Below are positions 8,438-16,958 of a DNA stretch of 64,000 nt, in pieces. Under the pieces are notes generated by a model. That model was not told the DNA's origin. It saw only the letters and a program-made list of their open reading frames with translations, and did not search any database. Origin of the DNA: a virus; the IMG/VR virus record IMGVR_UViG_3300036790_000425, positions 64,001 to 128,000 of that record; one strand, written 5' to 3'. The number at the start of each line of letters is the position of its first letter. The stretch's first letter is position 1. The position numbers were made by a program, and so were the translations under genes.

Positions 8438-10951
8438 TTATCCGGGCGCCTCGGTGTTCACCTCCCCGAAGGTCGTGCGGACCGCGAGCGTGGGGAAGCC
8501 GTTCCAGCCGCCGCCGCGGTAGGGCTCGTGGCCCTTTTTCTTCAGCCGGGTGCTCAGGCCGCGCTGCGCGGTCGGGGTGTGCCCGTTCTGCTTGCACCAG
8601 GCCACGTAGACCGCGTAGATCTCATGCGCGGCCCGGCCGATGGCGCCGCGCTGCGGGTCATCATCCTTGATCACCAGGCAGTCGTCGATGAACTGGCCGA
8701 CAGTGTCCTCCTCCTCCTGGTACCGGCGCAGGGCATCGAGCACCGGCTGCGGCGGGTTCAGCCCGTCGCGCTGCCAGGCCAGGGCGCCCTCGACGATCCA
8801 GGCCAGGATGCCGTCCGCCTCGTCGCGGATCAGGGTGTCCTGGAGGTAGCCGTCCCGCTGGTCCTCGGGGATGATCACCGGCCAGGTGATCAGCTGGATC
8901 CGCCGCCAGGTGGCGGAGTCGTCGCTCATCCGGGGCAGGTGATTGGTGGTCAGCAGGATCTTGCCGACCGGCCGGAAGTCGAAGTACTCCCCGCGCATGA
9001 ACCGGGCCGAGATCGTGTCCCCGCCGGTCAGCTGCTTCAGCCGCTGCTCGTCCAGGGACTTGCCGGCCTTGGTCTCGCTGGCCTGGAGGAACCGCTTGCC
9101 GGCCATCCGGGCCACGTCGTTGGGGATCCGGCCGTCCACCGAGCTGGCCATCAGGGTCTCGACCGGCATGGTCTGGGCATAGGTGCCCAGGACGTGCGCC
9201 AGGACGCTGATGAACACCGACTTGCCGTTGGCCCCGGTGCCGTGCAGCAGGAACGCTGCCTGCTCCGAGGTCTGGCCGGTGGCGCAGTAGCCCGCCACCC
9301 GCTGGAGGTAGGCCCGCATCGCCGGGTCCGGCTGGACCTGCTTCAGGAACTCCTGCCAGCGGGTAGCCGGCTCGCCCGGGTAGTAGCTCGCAGCGGCCTG
9401 GAGCGTCATCCGCTGCTCCGGGTCGTGCGGGCTCAGCTCGCCCGTGCACAGGTCCACCACGCCGTTCCGGGCGTTGATCACCAGCGGGTTGCCGTCGAAC
9501 GTGGACTGGCTCATCCGCATCAGCGGCAGCCCGGTAGCCAGGTCGGCTGCCACGGATACCGCCTTGCGGGTGTGCTGCTTGGCCACCCAGTCCGTGAACC
9601 GGTCGTAGGGCGAGGGCATCATCTCCCCGTCCAGGGCGACCTCGGGCTCGGTCTCATACGACCTGCCCTCGGTGTCCAGCAGGTTGCGGATCATGATCTG
9701 CGCGGCCCACAGCCCTTCCTGCTTGGTGGCCGGCATCCAGACGCCGCCGAGATAGGTCATCCAGGTGCCCAGCTCCGGGCACCAGCGCATCCGGTCGCCC
9801 CAGTGATCGGCCATCCGGTCGGCCAGGCCGAACTCGGTGCGCGGGCGGCAGGGCCAGCTGGCCTGCATGATGCCCCACTGGACATTCCGCGGGCGGTTCA
9901 TGCCCGCCCGCCAGCCCGAGATGAACGTGCCCCGGATCTCGCCCTCGGTCAGCCCGGCCGCCATCGCCGCGTCCCGCAGGCCGGCGAAGGCCGCGTCCTC
10001 GGACAGGATCCCGGCGCCGCCGAGCTGGCCCAGGCTGAAGGCGCAGTTGTTCAGCGTCTCATTGCGCGAGCCGGACTCGGCCGAGCGCATCGTCAGGCAC
10101 TCGCTCTCCAGGGCGCGCTCGGCATAAGCCCGGGTCTGCCCGTTGGGAGCGACCGGCGGCTCCGCCGACAGAGTCTCGCCGGCCTGCTCCTTGTCGTGGT
10201 TGCGCAGCAGGGCCAGCAGCCAGTCCGGGGCGGGAGCCGGGGTGATGTCGTGCGCCGGGTTCAGGTCGTAGGGGCCGCCCTCGTTAACCGAGGGCGGCAC
10301 CAGGACGAAGCCGTTCTCGCCGCGGACGTCCAGGCCGGTGCCGAGCACCCGCTTGGCTGAGTTGCGCACCTCGAAGCCGGGGTGCTCGAACACGTAGTGC
10401 GTGCCCCCGCGGCCGGTCTGGTGCACCCGGGTGACGGGCATCGGCCCGTGCCGGCGCTCGTAGGCACCCAGGGTCTGGCTGCCGCCGGCGTAGGTGTCCT
10501 CGTCCAGGACGAAAATGCCCGAGCGCCGCCCGGTGACCACCCCGACATTGGAGAACGGGTACCACTGGGTAGCCGGGATCTGCGGCTCCGCGCGCCACCA
10601 GTGGCCGACCACGGCGGGATCGTCGGATGAAACGCCGGGCCAGTCGTCGTGCATCGGGTGCTTGCCCGGGGAAGGGCACTCCGCGCCGCGGTGGCAGGAG
10701 CAGATCCTGTCCTTGTCCAGCCAGCGGACGGGGATCACCTTCATCCCCAGGGCGGCGTACTTCAGTGCTGCGGTCAGCAGCTCCGCCCGGCGCGCGTCAT
10801 CATCAGGCCCCAGAATGGACGGAGCCCGTTGCGCCTGGTCAGCGCCCCCGGTAATCTCAGGAACTGAACGACTCTCGGCAGCGTCGTCCGCATCCAGGCC
10901 CCCCGCATTGTCCTCAGCAGCATTTGCGGGGGGTCCGCCGATATCAGTCAC
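8438..10951 (-). CDS. Bifunctional primase-polymerase fused to a D5/P4-family SF3 helicase
   Basis: CSC..C.SPGKHP, NVGVVTG, VLDED, TGRGGTHYVF, GLDVRGENGFVLVPPS, RN.TLN (PriCT-like), Walker A GTGANGKS, KQLTGGD.ISAR, TNHLP, WRR. Confidence 0.95.
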   Translation of the reverse strand: MTDIGGPPANAAEDNAGGLDADDAAESRSVPEITGGADQAQRAPSILGPDDDARRAELLTAALKYAALGMKVIPVRWLDKDRICSCHRGAECPSPGKHPMHDDWPGVSSDDPAVVGHWWRAEPQIPATQWYPFSNVGVVTGRRSGIFVLDEDTYAGGSQTLGAYERRHGPMPVTRVHQTGRGGTHYVFEHPGFEVRNSAKRVLGTGLDVRGENGFVLVPPSVNEGGPYDLNPAHDITPAPAPDWLLALLRNHDKEQAGETLSAEPPVAPNGQTRAYAERALESECLTMRSAESGSRNETLNNCAFSLGQLGGAGILSEDAAFAGLRDAAMAAGLTEGEIRGTFISGWRAGMNRPRNVQWGIMQASWPCRPRTEFGLADRMADHWGDRMRWCPELGTWMTYLGGVWMPATKQEGLWAAQIMIRNLLDTEGRSYETEPEVALDGEMMPSPYDRFTDWVAKQHTRKAVSVAADLATGLPLMRMSQSTFDGNPLVINARNGVVDLCTGELSPHDPEQRMTLQAAASYYPGEPATRWQEFLKQVQPDPAMRAYLQRVAGYCATGQTSEQAAFLLHGTGANGKSVFISVLAHVLGTYAQTMPVETLMASSVDGRIPNDVARMAGKRFLQASETKAGKSLDEQRLKQLTGGDTISARFMRGEYFDFRPVGKILLTTNHLPRMSDDSATWRRIQLITWPVIIPEDQRDGYLQDTLIRDEADGILAWIVEGALAWQRDGLNPPQPVLDALRRYQEEEDTVGQFIDDCLVIKDDDPQRGAIGRAAHEIYAVYVAWCKQNGHTPTAQRGLSTRLKKKGHEPYRGGGWNGFPTLAVRTTFGEVNTEAPG

Positions 10952-10962
10952 GGTCTGCCCCC

Positions 10963-11271
10963 TTACCTGGTGTTGTTCCCTGATGCCCCCAGCTCCGCCC
11001 GCAGCGGAATAGCGAAGAAGTCATCCTGGGAGTGGTGGAATCGGCGCACCGTCACCGGGGCGCTCATCCAGAAGCCATTGTGAGTGCCGAACACCTGACG
11101 GCAGATATCCATTGCCTGGTCGCCCCACCGGTCTGCGAAGCCGGCCAGGATCAGATCCTGTCCGGGACATGGCAGCTGGGGCCCGCAGCAGCGGGTGATC
11201 TCCGCGAGGACGTAATCGGCCAGCGACGTATCCGTCACCGATGGTGCCGTTAGAGGGGATGCCAAAGTCAC
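10963..11271 (-). CDS. Small hypothetical phage protein
   Basis: 102 aa, F..RWG..A...GFW..APV...RF....D.FFA. First gene of the primase unit. Confidence 0.6.
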   Translation of the reverse strand: MTLASPLTAPSVTDTSLADYVLAEITRCCGPQLPCPGQDLILAGFADRWGDQAMDICRQVFGTHNGFWMSAPVTVRRFHHSQDDFFAIPLRAELGASGNNTR

Positions 11272-11361
11272 GGGCGTCCGCCTTCCGCTTTGAGGAGTGA
11301 AGGGACGTTGACCTGCGATGGGCTGCCATTCGATGGCCCTCAGGCAGCAGCCCGTCCGTTG

Positions 11362-11390
11362 AGGCTAGAACCCGGCGGGTCGCCGGTCAA
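11362..11390 (-). promoter_or_regulatory. SigA-like promoter of the primase unit
   Basis: TTGACC-N17-TAGCCT. Confidence 0.65.
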
Positions 11391-11391
11391 G

Positions 11392-12387
11392 CTATGACCG
11401 GGACCGCCAGAAGCCTCCTCTCTCCACGCGCCGCAGGACGCTGGTCAGCTCGTACTCACGCAGGAAGCCGGCCAGGTGCTCAGTCGGCTCTCCGGCCCAT
11501 ACGCACGAAACGTCAGGCTGGAAGTAGTTCCGCCCGGTAACTTCCTCCGGGGGCCTCGACGGAATGACGAGGTCTATGATGTCTCGCCACAATACCGCCA
11601 TTTCACGATGCTGCGGATCAGTTATCCCGTTCAGCACGTCCCGCCACATCCAGCCCGCGGACCGCAGCATCCGGGCGGCCTTCACCGGCCCGGTGCCCCG
11701 CAGCCCGGGGATGCTGTCGCTCGGGTCCCCGGCCAGGGCGCGCAGCTTCGGCAGCATGATCGGCGGCACGCCCGTGCGCGACTCCACGTCCGCGGCGTCC
11801 TCCAGGCCGTCCCGCGACAGCCCGGCCAGCCGGACGGTGGCGAAGGCGGTCAGCTGCTCCATGTCCGCGTCGTCGGAGGCGATGATGACCCGCCTCCCGG
11901 TCAGGCAGCACGCCGGGTGTGCGCGGCGCGCCAGGGCGGCCATCAGGTCATCCGCCTCGAAGCCGTCCACGCAGAACTGAGGAACCCCGGCCGCGCGGCA
12001 GAAGGCCACCGTCCGGTCCATCAGGGTCTCGCGGTGCGGCGTCAGCACGGGCGCGGGCGCCCGGCCGGACTTGTAGGCGGGGTACCGCTGCCGGCGCCAC
12101 TCCAGGGCCCCGGGGCCGTCCCAGCAGACGGCCAGCCACTCAGGATCGTGCTGGCGGGTCAGCCGGGCCAGTGAGGTGATGAACATCAGCAGGGCCCCGG
12201 TCGGCACCCCGGCCGCCGTGGTCAGGGCACGGTGCTGCGCGGCCCGCTGGCAGCGCACCATCAGGCCCGTGGCGTCCACGACCAGGAACGGCCGCGGGCG
12301 GCCCTCAGCTGGCCCGTGCGGGCACAGCGGGCCCAGGCGGGCCCAGTGCTTCCCGGTCACCTCCCGGGTCGCCACGGCAGCGGTCAC
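11392..12387 (-). CDS. 5'-3' exonuclease/flap endonuclease (PolA 5'-nuclease family)
   Basis: VVDATG, VCWDG, WRR..YPAYKSGR, GFEADD, SDDAD..QL, H3TH motif LAGDPSDSIPGLRGTGP. Confidence 0.92.
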   Translation of the reverse strand: MTAAVATREVTGKHWARLGPLCPHGPAEGRPRPFLVVDATGLMVRCQRAAQHRALTTAAGVPTGALLMFITSLARLTRQHDPEWLAVCWDGPGALEWRRQRYPAYKSGRAPAPVLTPHRETLMDRTVAFCRAAGVPQFCVDGFEADDLMAALARRAHPACCLTGRRVIIASDDADMEQLTAFATVRLAGLSRDGLEDAADVESRTGVPPIMLPKLRALAGDPSDSIPGLRGTGPVKAARMLRSAGWMWRDVLNGITDPQHREMAVLWRDIIDLVIPSRPPEEVTGRNYFQPDVSCVWAGEPTEHLAGFLREYELTSVLRRVERGGFWRSRS

Positions 12388-12393
12388 GGTCCC

Positions 12394-12795
12394 TCAGGCC
12401 TTCTTCGCCGGGGGCTCGTTCTGGATCAGGCCGAACATCTTCGCCTGAACCACGACGAGCTGCATGATCAGGTCCAGCCGCTCGTCGCTGATGTCCCCGA
12501 ACGAGCGCAGGCTGCGGGCCATCGGCTCGAAGTCGGCCAGGGTGAAGACCCGCGCCGAGACCTCGTCCTCCGGGTCGCGCCGCAGGAAGGTCATCGCCTG
12601 GCCGCCCGCGTCCACGAACGAGGTCATCGGCCGCTCGGGCTTGGCCGTCATCTTCAGCCGCAGCCAGGACGGCGACATGCCGAAGACAACCTTGGCCACC
12701 TCGTGCACGCTGTAGAACGGCCCCTGGCGGCGCTCCCACTTCTGATCAAAGATCATCTTCTCGGTGACCAGGGGATGCGGGGTCTTTCGGGTCAT
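12394..12795 (-). CDS. MerR-like HTH DNA-binding protein
   Basis: FYSVHEVAKVVFGMSPSWLR...ARVFTLAD. GAGGAAGG RBS. Confidence 0.65.
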   Translation of the reverse strand: MTRKTPHPLVTEKMIFDQKWERRQGPFYSVHEVAKVVFGMSPSWLRLKMTAKPERPMTSFVDAGGQAMTFLRRDPEDEVSARVFTLADFEPMARSLRSFGDISDERLDLIMQLVVVQAKMFGLIQNEPPAKKA

Positions 12796-12816
12796 GTCGG
12801 GCCTTCCTCGGCTCAT

Positions 12817-12854
12817 GCGCAGGGCCCCGGGCTCCTGTCCCCGGGGCCCTGCGC
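12817..12854 (-). terminator. Hairpin terminator
   Basis: GCGCAGGGCCCCGGG/CCCGGGGCCCTGCGC 15-bp stem just after the stop at 12866. Confidence 0.7.
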
Positions 12855-12865
12855 CGTCTGGGCTG

Positions 12866-13645
12866 CTACTTCGTCGGCGGGTAGAGCGAGGCCCCGGCCC
12901 GGCCGCGGGCGGTGATCGCCTTCAGGATCTGGAGTCCCCGTCCCGGGGCCCTCCGGATCGCGGCGGCGATCTTCTCGTCATCCAGCACCCGGGTCTCCCG
13001 GGTGAAGGACAGGTACTCGGCGCGGGTGACCGTGCCGTCCTGCTCCAGCTGCTCCAGGGCGGACAGGTCCTTGGTGACCTTCCCGGACACGAAGCGCTGC
13101 TGCCAGCTGTGCTCGAAGCCCTCGACCCCGGTCTCGTAGGGAGCCTCGGGACGGGCCAGCAGGTAGTGGCCGGCCGCGATGCCGCTCGGCACCCGCTGGG
13201 TGGCGGGCCTCAGGATGGCGCCCCCGCGCTGCTGCGCGGCGGCCAGTGCGATGCCCCTGCCCTCGGCGTCCACGTCCATGTGCATCCGGATCAGCTCAGC
13301 GATCTCGTCGGCACGCTTGCCCAGGGGCTTGGTGACGGCGCTGATCGCCTCGTGCTCGCGGGTGACGACCTTCAGCTCCTCCTCGGTCAGCACGCGCCGC
13401 TTATCGGCGTGCACGGACCCGAACAGGGCGGGCAGGTCCTTCAGGGCACTGAGGACCTGCGGGGTGTCCTTGACCGGCTTGGGCGGGCTCGGGAACGACT
13501 CGGCCTCCGGGGCCGGGACAGCCGGTCCGGCCAGGGCGTCAGCCAGCGTGGCTACCGTCCAGGCGTGTCCGCCCTCCACCAGTGCCAGATCGCCGGAGGC
13601 TACCTGCGCGAGGGCAGTGCCACGAGCGGTCTCGGTTGCGGTCAT
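12866..13645 (-). CDS. Hypothetical phage protein
   Basis: 259 aa with AAAGGA RBS and its own promoter and terminator. Confidence 0.7.
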   Translation of the reverse strand: MTATETARGTALAQVASGDLALVEGGHAWTVATLADALAGPAVPAPEAESFPSPPKPVKDTPQVLSALKDLPALFGSVHADKRRVLTEEELKVVTREHEAISAVTKPLGKRADEIAELIRMHMDVDAEGRGIALAAAQQRGGAILRPATQRVPSGIAAGHYLLARPEAPYETGVEGFEHSWQQRFVSGKVTKDLSALEQLEQDGTVTRAEYLSFTRETRVLDDEKIAAAIRRAPGRGLQILKAITARGRAGASLYPPTK

Positions 13646-13687
13646 GATCTTCGGTCCTTTCGGTCGCGGTGTGGTGCGTGTGTCTCC

Positions 13688-13717
13688 AGATTAGCAAGAA
13701 AACCTGTATCACGTCAA
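13688..13717 (-). promoter_or_regulatory. SigA-like promoter with the conserved box
   Basis: TTGACG-N18-TAATCT. Plus strand reads TAGCAAGAAAACCTGTAT. Confidence 0.8.
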
Positions 13718-13751
13718 GCAGGGCGGGACACGCGCCGTGTCCCGCCCTGCT
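13717..13751 (-). terminator. Hairpin terminator abutting the next promoter
   Basis: AGCAGGGCGGGACACG-cgc-CGTGTCCCGCCCTGCT, 16-bp stem. Confidence 0.75.
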
Positions 13752-13759
13752 AGCTGTCC

Positions 13760-14134
13760 TCAGCCACTGAACTGGCGGCCCTTCCGGGGCGCGAAGCCGA
13801 GGCGGACCGCGTTGGCGGACTCGGGGATCACGATCATCCGCTCTCCCGAGCCCTCGTTGCCCTTGACGTACAGCTCGCCCTCCAGCATCCGGACGTTGAA
13901 GGTGCTGTCGAACCCCATCCCGCCGAAGCGGACATCGGCGGCCCGGCCGAGCGGCCGGGGGACAGCGCCGTAGGCGTCCGCGAAGGTGTCGCTGTCCGCC
14001 GGGCCGGCAGCCAGGGTGGCCCTAGCGTGCGCCAGGTCCTGCTCCAGACGCTGGATGTAGAAGCGGACCTGCCGGGGCAGCCGCGCGATCGCGTCCTCGC
14101 TGAGAGCGCCCTCGGGGCGCTGGTACTGAGTCAT
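13760..14134 (-). CDS. Hypothetical protein
   Basis: 124 aa with CAGGAGG RBS. Confidence 0.7.
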   Translation of the reverse strand: MTQYQRPEGALSEDAIARLPRQVRFYIQRLEQDLAHARATLAAGPADSDTFADAYGAVPRPLGRAADVRFGGMGFDSTFNVRMLEGELYVKGNEGSGERMIVIPESANAVRLGFAPRKGRQFSG

Positions 14135-14176
14135 GGCCGGCCTCCTGAGCCTGTTTCGTCTTCCCTTGCTCTGCCG

Positions 14177-14205
14177 ACCTTAGCAAGAAAAGCTGTATTG
14201 AGCAA
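14177..14205 (-). promoter_or_regulatory. SigA-like promoter with the conserved box
   Basis: TTGCTC-N17-TAAGGT. Confidence 0.75.
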
Positions 14206-14206
14206 G

Positions 14207-14422
14207 CTACCGGCAGCGCTGCCGGTGCAGCCTCCGGGCTTCCCCGGTCATCCGGATGGCGTTGCCGGAGGCCACGCCCAGGATGATGAGGGAGAACCCG
14301 AGGACGCCCAGCGTGCTGCCGGCCTGGTGCCAGATGATCATGCGCCAGATGATGACACCCGTCCCGGCCAGGGACAGTGCCGCCATGTAAGCCCAGACCA
14401 TCAGGGCTGTCCGGTTGCGCAC
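14207..14422 (-). CDS. Small two-TM membrane protein
   Basis: Two hydrophobic stretches. GGAGG RBS. Confidence 0.55.
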   Translation of the reverse strand: MRNRTALMVWAYMAALSLAGTGVIIWRMIIWHQAGSTLGVLGFSLIILGVASGNAIRMTGEARRLHRQRCR

Positions 14423-14706
14423 GTGACCCCCTCCCTCAGCAGGGCGGCGGCCCGGCAGGCCCGCAGGTACCCGGGGCTGTCACTGTCGTGCATCCGGCGG
14501 ATCGCGATGTCTCCCCACAGGCCCGCCAGCCGCTCGCTCACGCCGGCCTCCCCGGCCTTGTCCTCCAGGTCGGCCTGAGCCTCCTCCAGCTGGCACACGA
14601 CCTCCTCGAACTTCTCCCGGGCCCACTTCGGCAGCCGGGTGAACTTCCGGCGCTCATCAGCGGTCAGGATGGCCAGCACGCTCTCGTCGATGTAGACCTC
14701 AGCCAC
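14401..14706 (-). CDS. Hypothetical protein
   Basis: GTG 14706 after GGAGG, overlapping the upstream stop. Confidence 0.5.
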   Translation of the reverse strand: MAEVYIDESVLAILTADERRKFTRLPKWAREKFEEVVCQLEEAQADLEDKAGEAGVSERLAGLWGDIAIRRMHDSDSPGYLRACRAAALLREGVTCATGQP

Positions 14707-15517
14707 CGGGCTCGTCCTCCCGCAGGCCGTTGTGCCCGGGCTGCTCGCAGTCGGGGTCGCCGCAGGACGGCATCCGCCTGCCGGCGGGCAGGGCGGCCCG
14801 GACGATGGCATCATCCAGGACCGACTCGATGGCAGACTCCGCGCTGACCCGCATGGCCAGCACCCGGTCGCTGGGGGTAGCAGCGGCCGGGTGCTCCGCG
14901 CTCATCGCGTCGTAAAGCGAGTCGTCGTGACGGAGCAGGCGGCCGATGACGGCGTCATCGGAGGCCCGGTGAACGCTGACGACGGCCAGGCCGTCACCGC
15001 CCCAGGACAGCCGGGCCACGACGGTGCCGCCGCGCAGCACCTGGGACCGGCGGATGGTGATGGTCACGGGCTCTCCTCTCGTGGTGTACCGGCCGGCGCT
15101 GTCACGCAGCGCCTCGGCCAGCGGGATGATGCCGCAGCTCGGGCAGCAGCGGCTGGCGCCGCCCATGACCTTGTGGCGGCGCTCCTCGGCCCGGTCGCCG
15201 GGCCAGGTGCGGGCCAGGTGCCAGGTGGCGCCGTGACTGCGGGCGATCCGCAGGAACTTCGCGCCGCCGCTGGTCCGGTGGTCGATCATGCGCTGCTCCA
15301 GCCGGCCCTGTCGGCAGTGCCCGTAGTAGTGCCGCAGGGCCAGGTGACCGCGCAGGTCCTCGCCCGGCCGGGCCAGCCGCACGCGCTGGCCCCTGTCGAA
15401 CAGCAGCGCGCGGTCCAGGTGGATCAGGTAGACGGTGCCGCGCGGGTCCTCCTGGGGCACCAGTGCCGGGTCCAGGCCGCGGAGGCACGGGACGGGGTCC
15501 AGCAGGACGGCGGCCAC
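14699..15517 (-). CDS. GIY-YIG-like nuclease in frame with a second domain (internal start at 15067)
   Basis: GTVYLIH...HYYG...LEQRMIDH...GAKFL...WHLARTW...EERRHK...CPSC. Confidence 0.6.
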   Translation of the reverse strand: MAAVLLDPVPCLRGLDPALVPQEDPRGTVYLIHLDRALLFDRGQRVRLARPGEDLRGHLALRHYYGHCRQGRLEQRMIDHRTSGGAKFLRIARSHGATWHLARTWPGDRAEERRHKVMGGASRCCPSCGIIPLAEALRDSAGRYTTRGEPVTITIRRSQVLRGGTVVARLSWGGDGLAVVSVHRASDDAVIGRLLRHDDSLYDAMSAEHPAAATPSDRVLAMRVSAESAIESVLDDAIVRAALPAGRRMPSCGDPDCEQPGHNGLREDEPGG

Positions 15518-15520
15518 GGC

Positions 15521-15856
15521 TCAGGCCTCCTGGCCCTGCTCGATGCGGGTCCACTCGCCGTCCGCCAGGTGCAGCAGGGGCGCCAGCTCGCGGGTGACGG
15601 TGTGGGCGAAGGGCAGCTTCAGCAGCCGGCCGCAGCTGACGGCCGCGCTCTTGCTGGCCTGCGTCAGGTCCGCGGCCGAGGTGCCGTTCAGCATGCCCGG
15701 CTGCTGGGTCCCGTGAGTCAGGCAGCGGGTGCTCGCCCAGCCGCTCACGTGGTAGGGCAGCAGCTCGATGACGTGGCGCTCGCGGCGGCCGGACCCCTGG
15801 TACTTCACGATCACAGTCTGCTGGTGGTTCTTCCCGTGCATCCCGGCCTTGGTCAT
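15521..15856 (-). CDS. Hypothetical protein, probably leaderless
   Basis: ATG lies 6 nt after the TAAGCT -10 box. Confidence 0.55.
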   Translation of the reverse strand: MTKAGMHGKNHQQTVIVKYQGSGRRERHVIELLPYHVSGWASTRCLTHGTQQPGMLNGTSAADLTQASKSAAVSCGRLLKLPFAHTVTRELAPLLHLADGEWTRIEQGQEA

Positions 15857-15892
15857 AGGGACAGCTTAGCAAGGAAAGCTGTATTAAGCAAG
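15848..15892 (-). promoter_or_regulatory. Promoter and start codon; copy 1 of a 45-bp direct repeat
   Basis: TTGCTT-N17-TAAGCT-N6-ATGACCAAG. 43/45 identical to 16862-16906. Confidence 0.85.
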
Positions 15893-15920
15893 AGGCCCCG
15901 GCAGGATCGCCGGGGCCTCT
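15891..15920 (-). terminator. Hairpin terminator after the ArdC-like gene
   Basis: AGAGGCCCCGGC-aggatc-GCCGGGGCCTCT. Confidence 0.75.
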
Positions 15921-15931
15921 CGGAGAGCTGG

Positions 15932-16870
15932 TCAGGCCGCGGCGTCCTCCGCGATCCCGGCACTGGCCGGGGCGATGCCGGCGGCCTGCGCGGGCATCCC
16001 GTCCACGATCTGGCGGGCGGCCTTCTGGATGCGCGAGCCGGACTCCCTGATCATCTTGCGGGCCTGCCCGGGGTCGCCGCGCATCCAGCTCAGCACGTAG
16101 CCGAAGCTGTAGTCCGAGGTGTCGGCGCCGAGCGCGGCAGCCGCGATGTAGGCAACCGACTCGGCCTCCAGCTCCTTCAGCCCGGCGGGAGCCTCGCTGC
16201 TCTCGTGCAGCAGGACGTGCCCGGCCTCGTGCAGCAGGGTCTTCAGCTGGCCCATCGTGGACCGGCCATCGGTGGCGATCCGGACCCGGCGCAGGCTCCA
16301 GGTCGTGTCGCCGTTCTTGGAACCGGACTCGAAGCGGTCCACGAACTCCACGTCATAGCCGGCCGAGTTAATGAAGGCGACCGCGCGGGCGATCATGCCC
16401 TCGGGCGCCTCGCCCGTCAGCTTGCGGACCGGCCCGGGCAGCGGCTCGCCCTCGGTCTGGCTGATGTCGAATACCGGCACCGGGACGAAGAACGGGATGC
16501 GCCGGGTCTCGCCGGTCTCCTCGTCCTCGACCTTGCGGGAGGACGGGGCCCAGATCCAGATCGCGCGCTGGCGCTGGCCGGTCTCGTCCGGGCCCTTGAC
16601 GTGGCGGCCCAGGAGCAGCCAGCCCGACTTCGGCTTGCCGGTGACCTTGTCGGTCGTGCCGAAGCTGGTGACCCGGGTGGCGTGCGGGCACTGGGCCATG
16701 ATCAGCATCGAGTTGCCGAAGCTGTAGGTGTGGAAGCGGGCCTGCACGTCCAGGTAGGCCTGCCAGGTCGCGGAGGTAGCCAGCGCGTCGATGCCGGCGG
16801 CCAGCTTCTCGGTGATCTCCGCGCGGTGGTCGGTCTTGGCGCGGGCGGGCTTGCGGGTCGTCTTGGTCAT
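15932..16870 (-). CDS. ardC: ArdC-like protein (ssDNA-binding N-domain plus zincin HEXXH domain)
   Basis: FHTYSFGNSMLIMAQCP.AT.V, W...GRHVK, VFDISQT.G, LLHEAGH, ELEAESVAY, SFGYV.SW. Confidence 0.85.
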   Translation of the reverse strand: MTKTTRKPARAKTDHRAEITEKLAAGIDALATSATWQAYLDVQARFHTYSFGNSMLIMAQCPHATRVTSFGTTDKVTGKPKSGWLLLGRHVKGPDETGQRQRAIWIWAPSSRKVEDEETGETRRIPFFVPVPVFDISQTEGEPLPGPVRKLTGEAPEGMIARAVAFINSAGYDVEFVDRFESGSKNGDTTWSLRRVRIATDGRSTMGQLKTLLHEAGHVLLHESSEAPAGLKELEAESVAYIAAAALGADTSDYSFGYVLSWMRGDPGQARKMIRESGSRIQKAARQIVDGMPAQAAGIAPASAGIAEDAAA

Positions 16871-16906
16871 AAGGACAGCTTAGCAAGGAAAGCTGTATTG
16901 AGCAAG
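16862..16906 (-). promoter_or_regulatory. Promoter and start codon; copy 2 of the 45-bp direct repeat
   Basis: TTGCTC-N17-TAAGCT-N6-ATGACCAAG. Confidence 0.85.
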
Positions 16907-16913
16907 TACCTGA

Positions 16914-16948
16914 GAGAGGCCCCCGGCGGCGGCTGCCGGGGGCCTCTC
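16914..16948 (-). terminator. Hairpin terminator
   Basis: GAGAGGCCCCCGGC/GCCGGGGGCCTCTC, 14-bp stem. Confidence 0.75.
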
Positions 16949-16958
16949 CGCGGGACCT

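Noticed and set aside
13781-13789. CCCCGGAAG copy near the 3' end of the 13760-14134 gene
   Set aside because: It lies inside a CDS just before a terminator, consistent with a chance occurrence.
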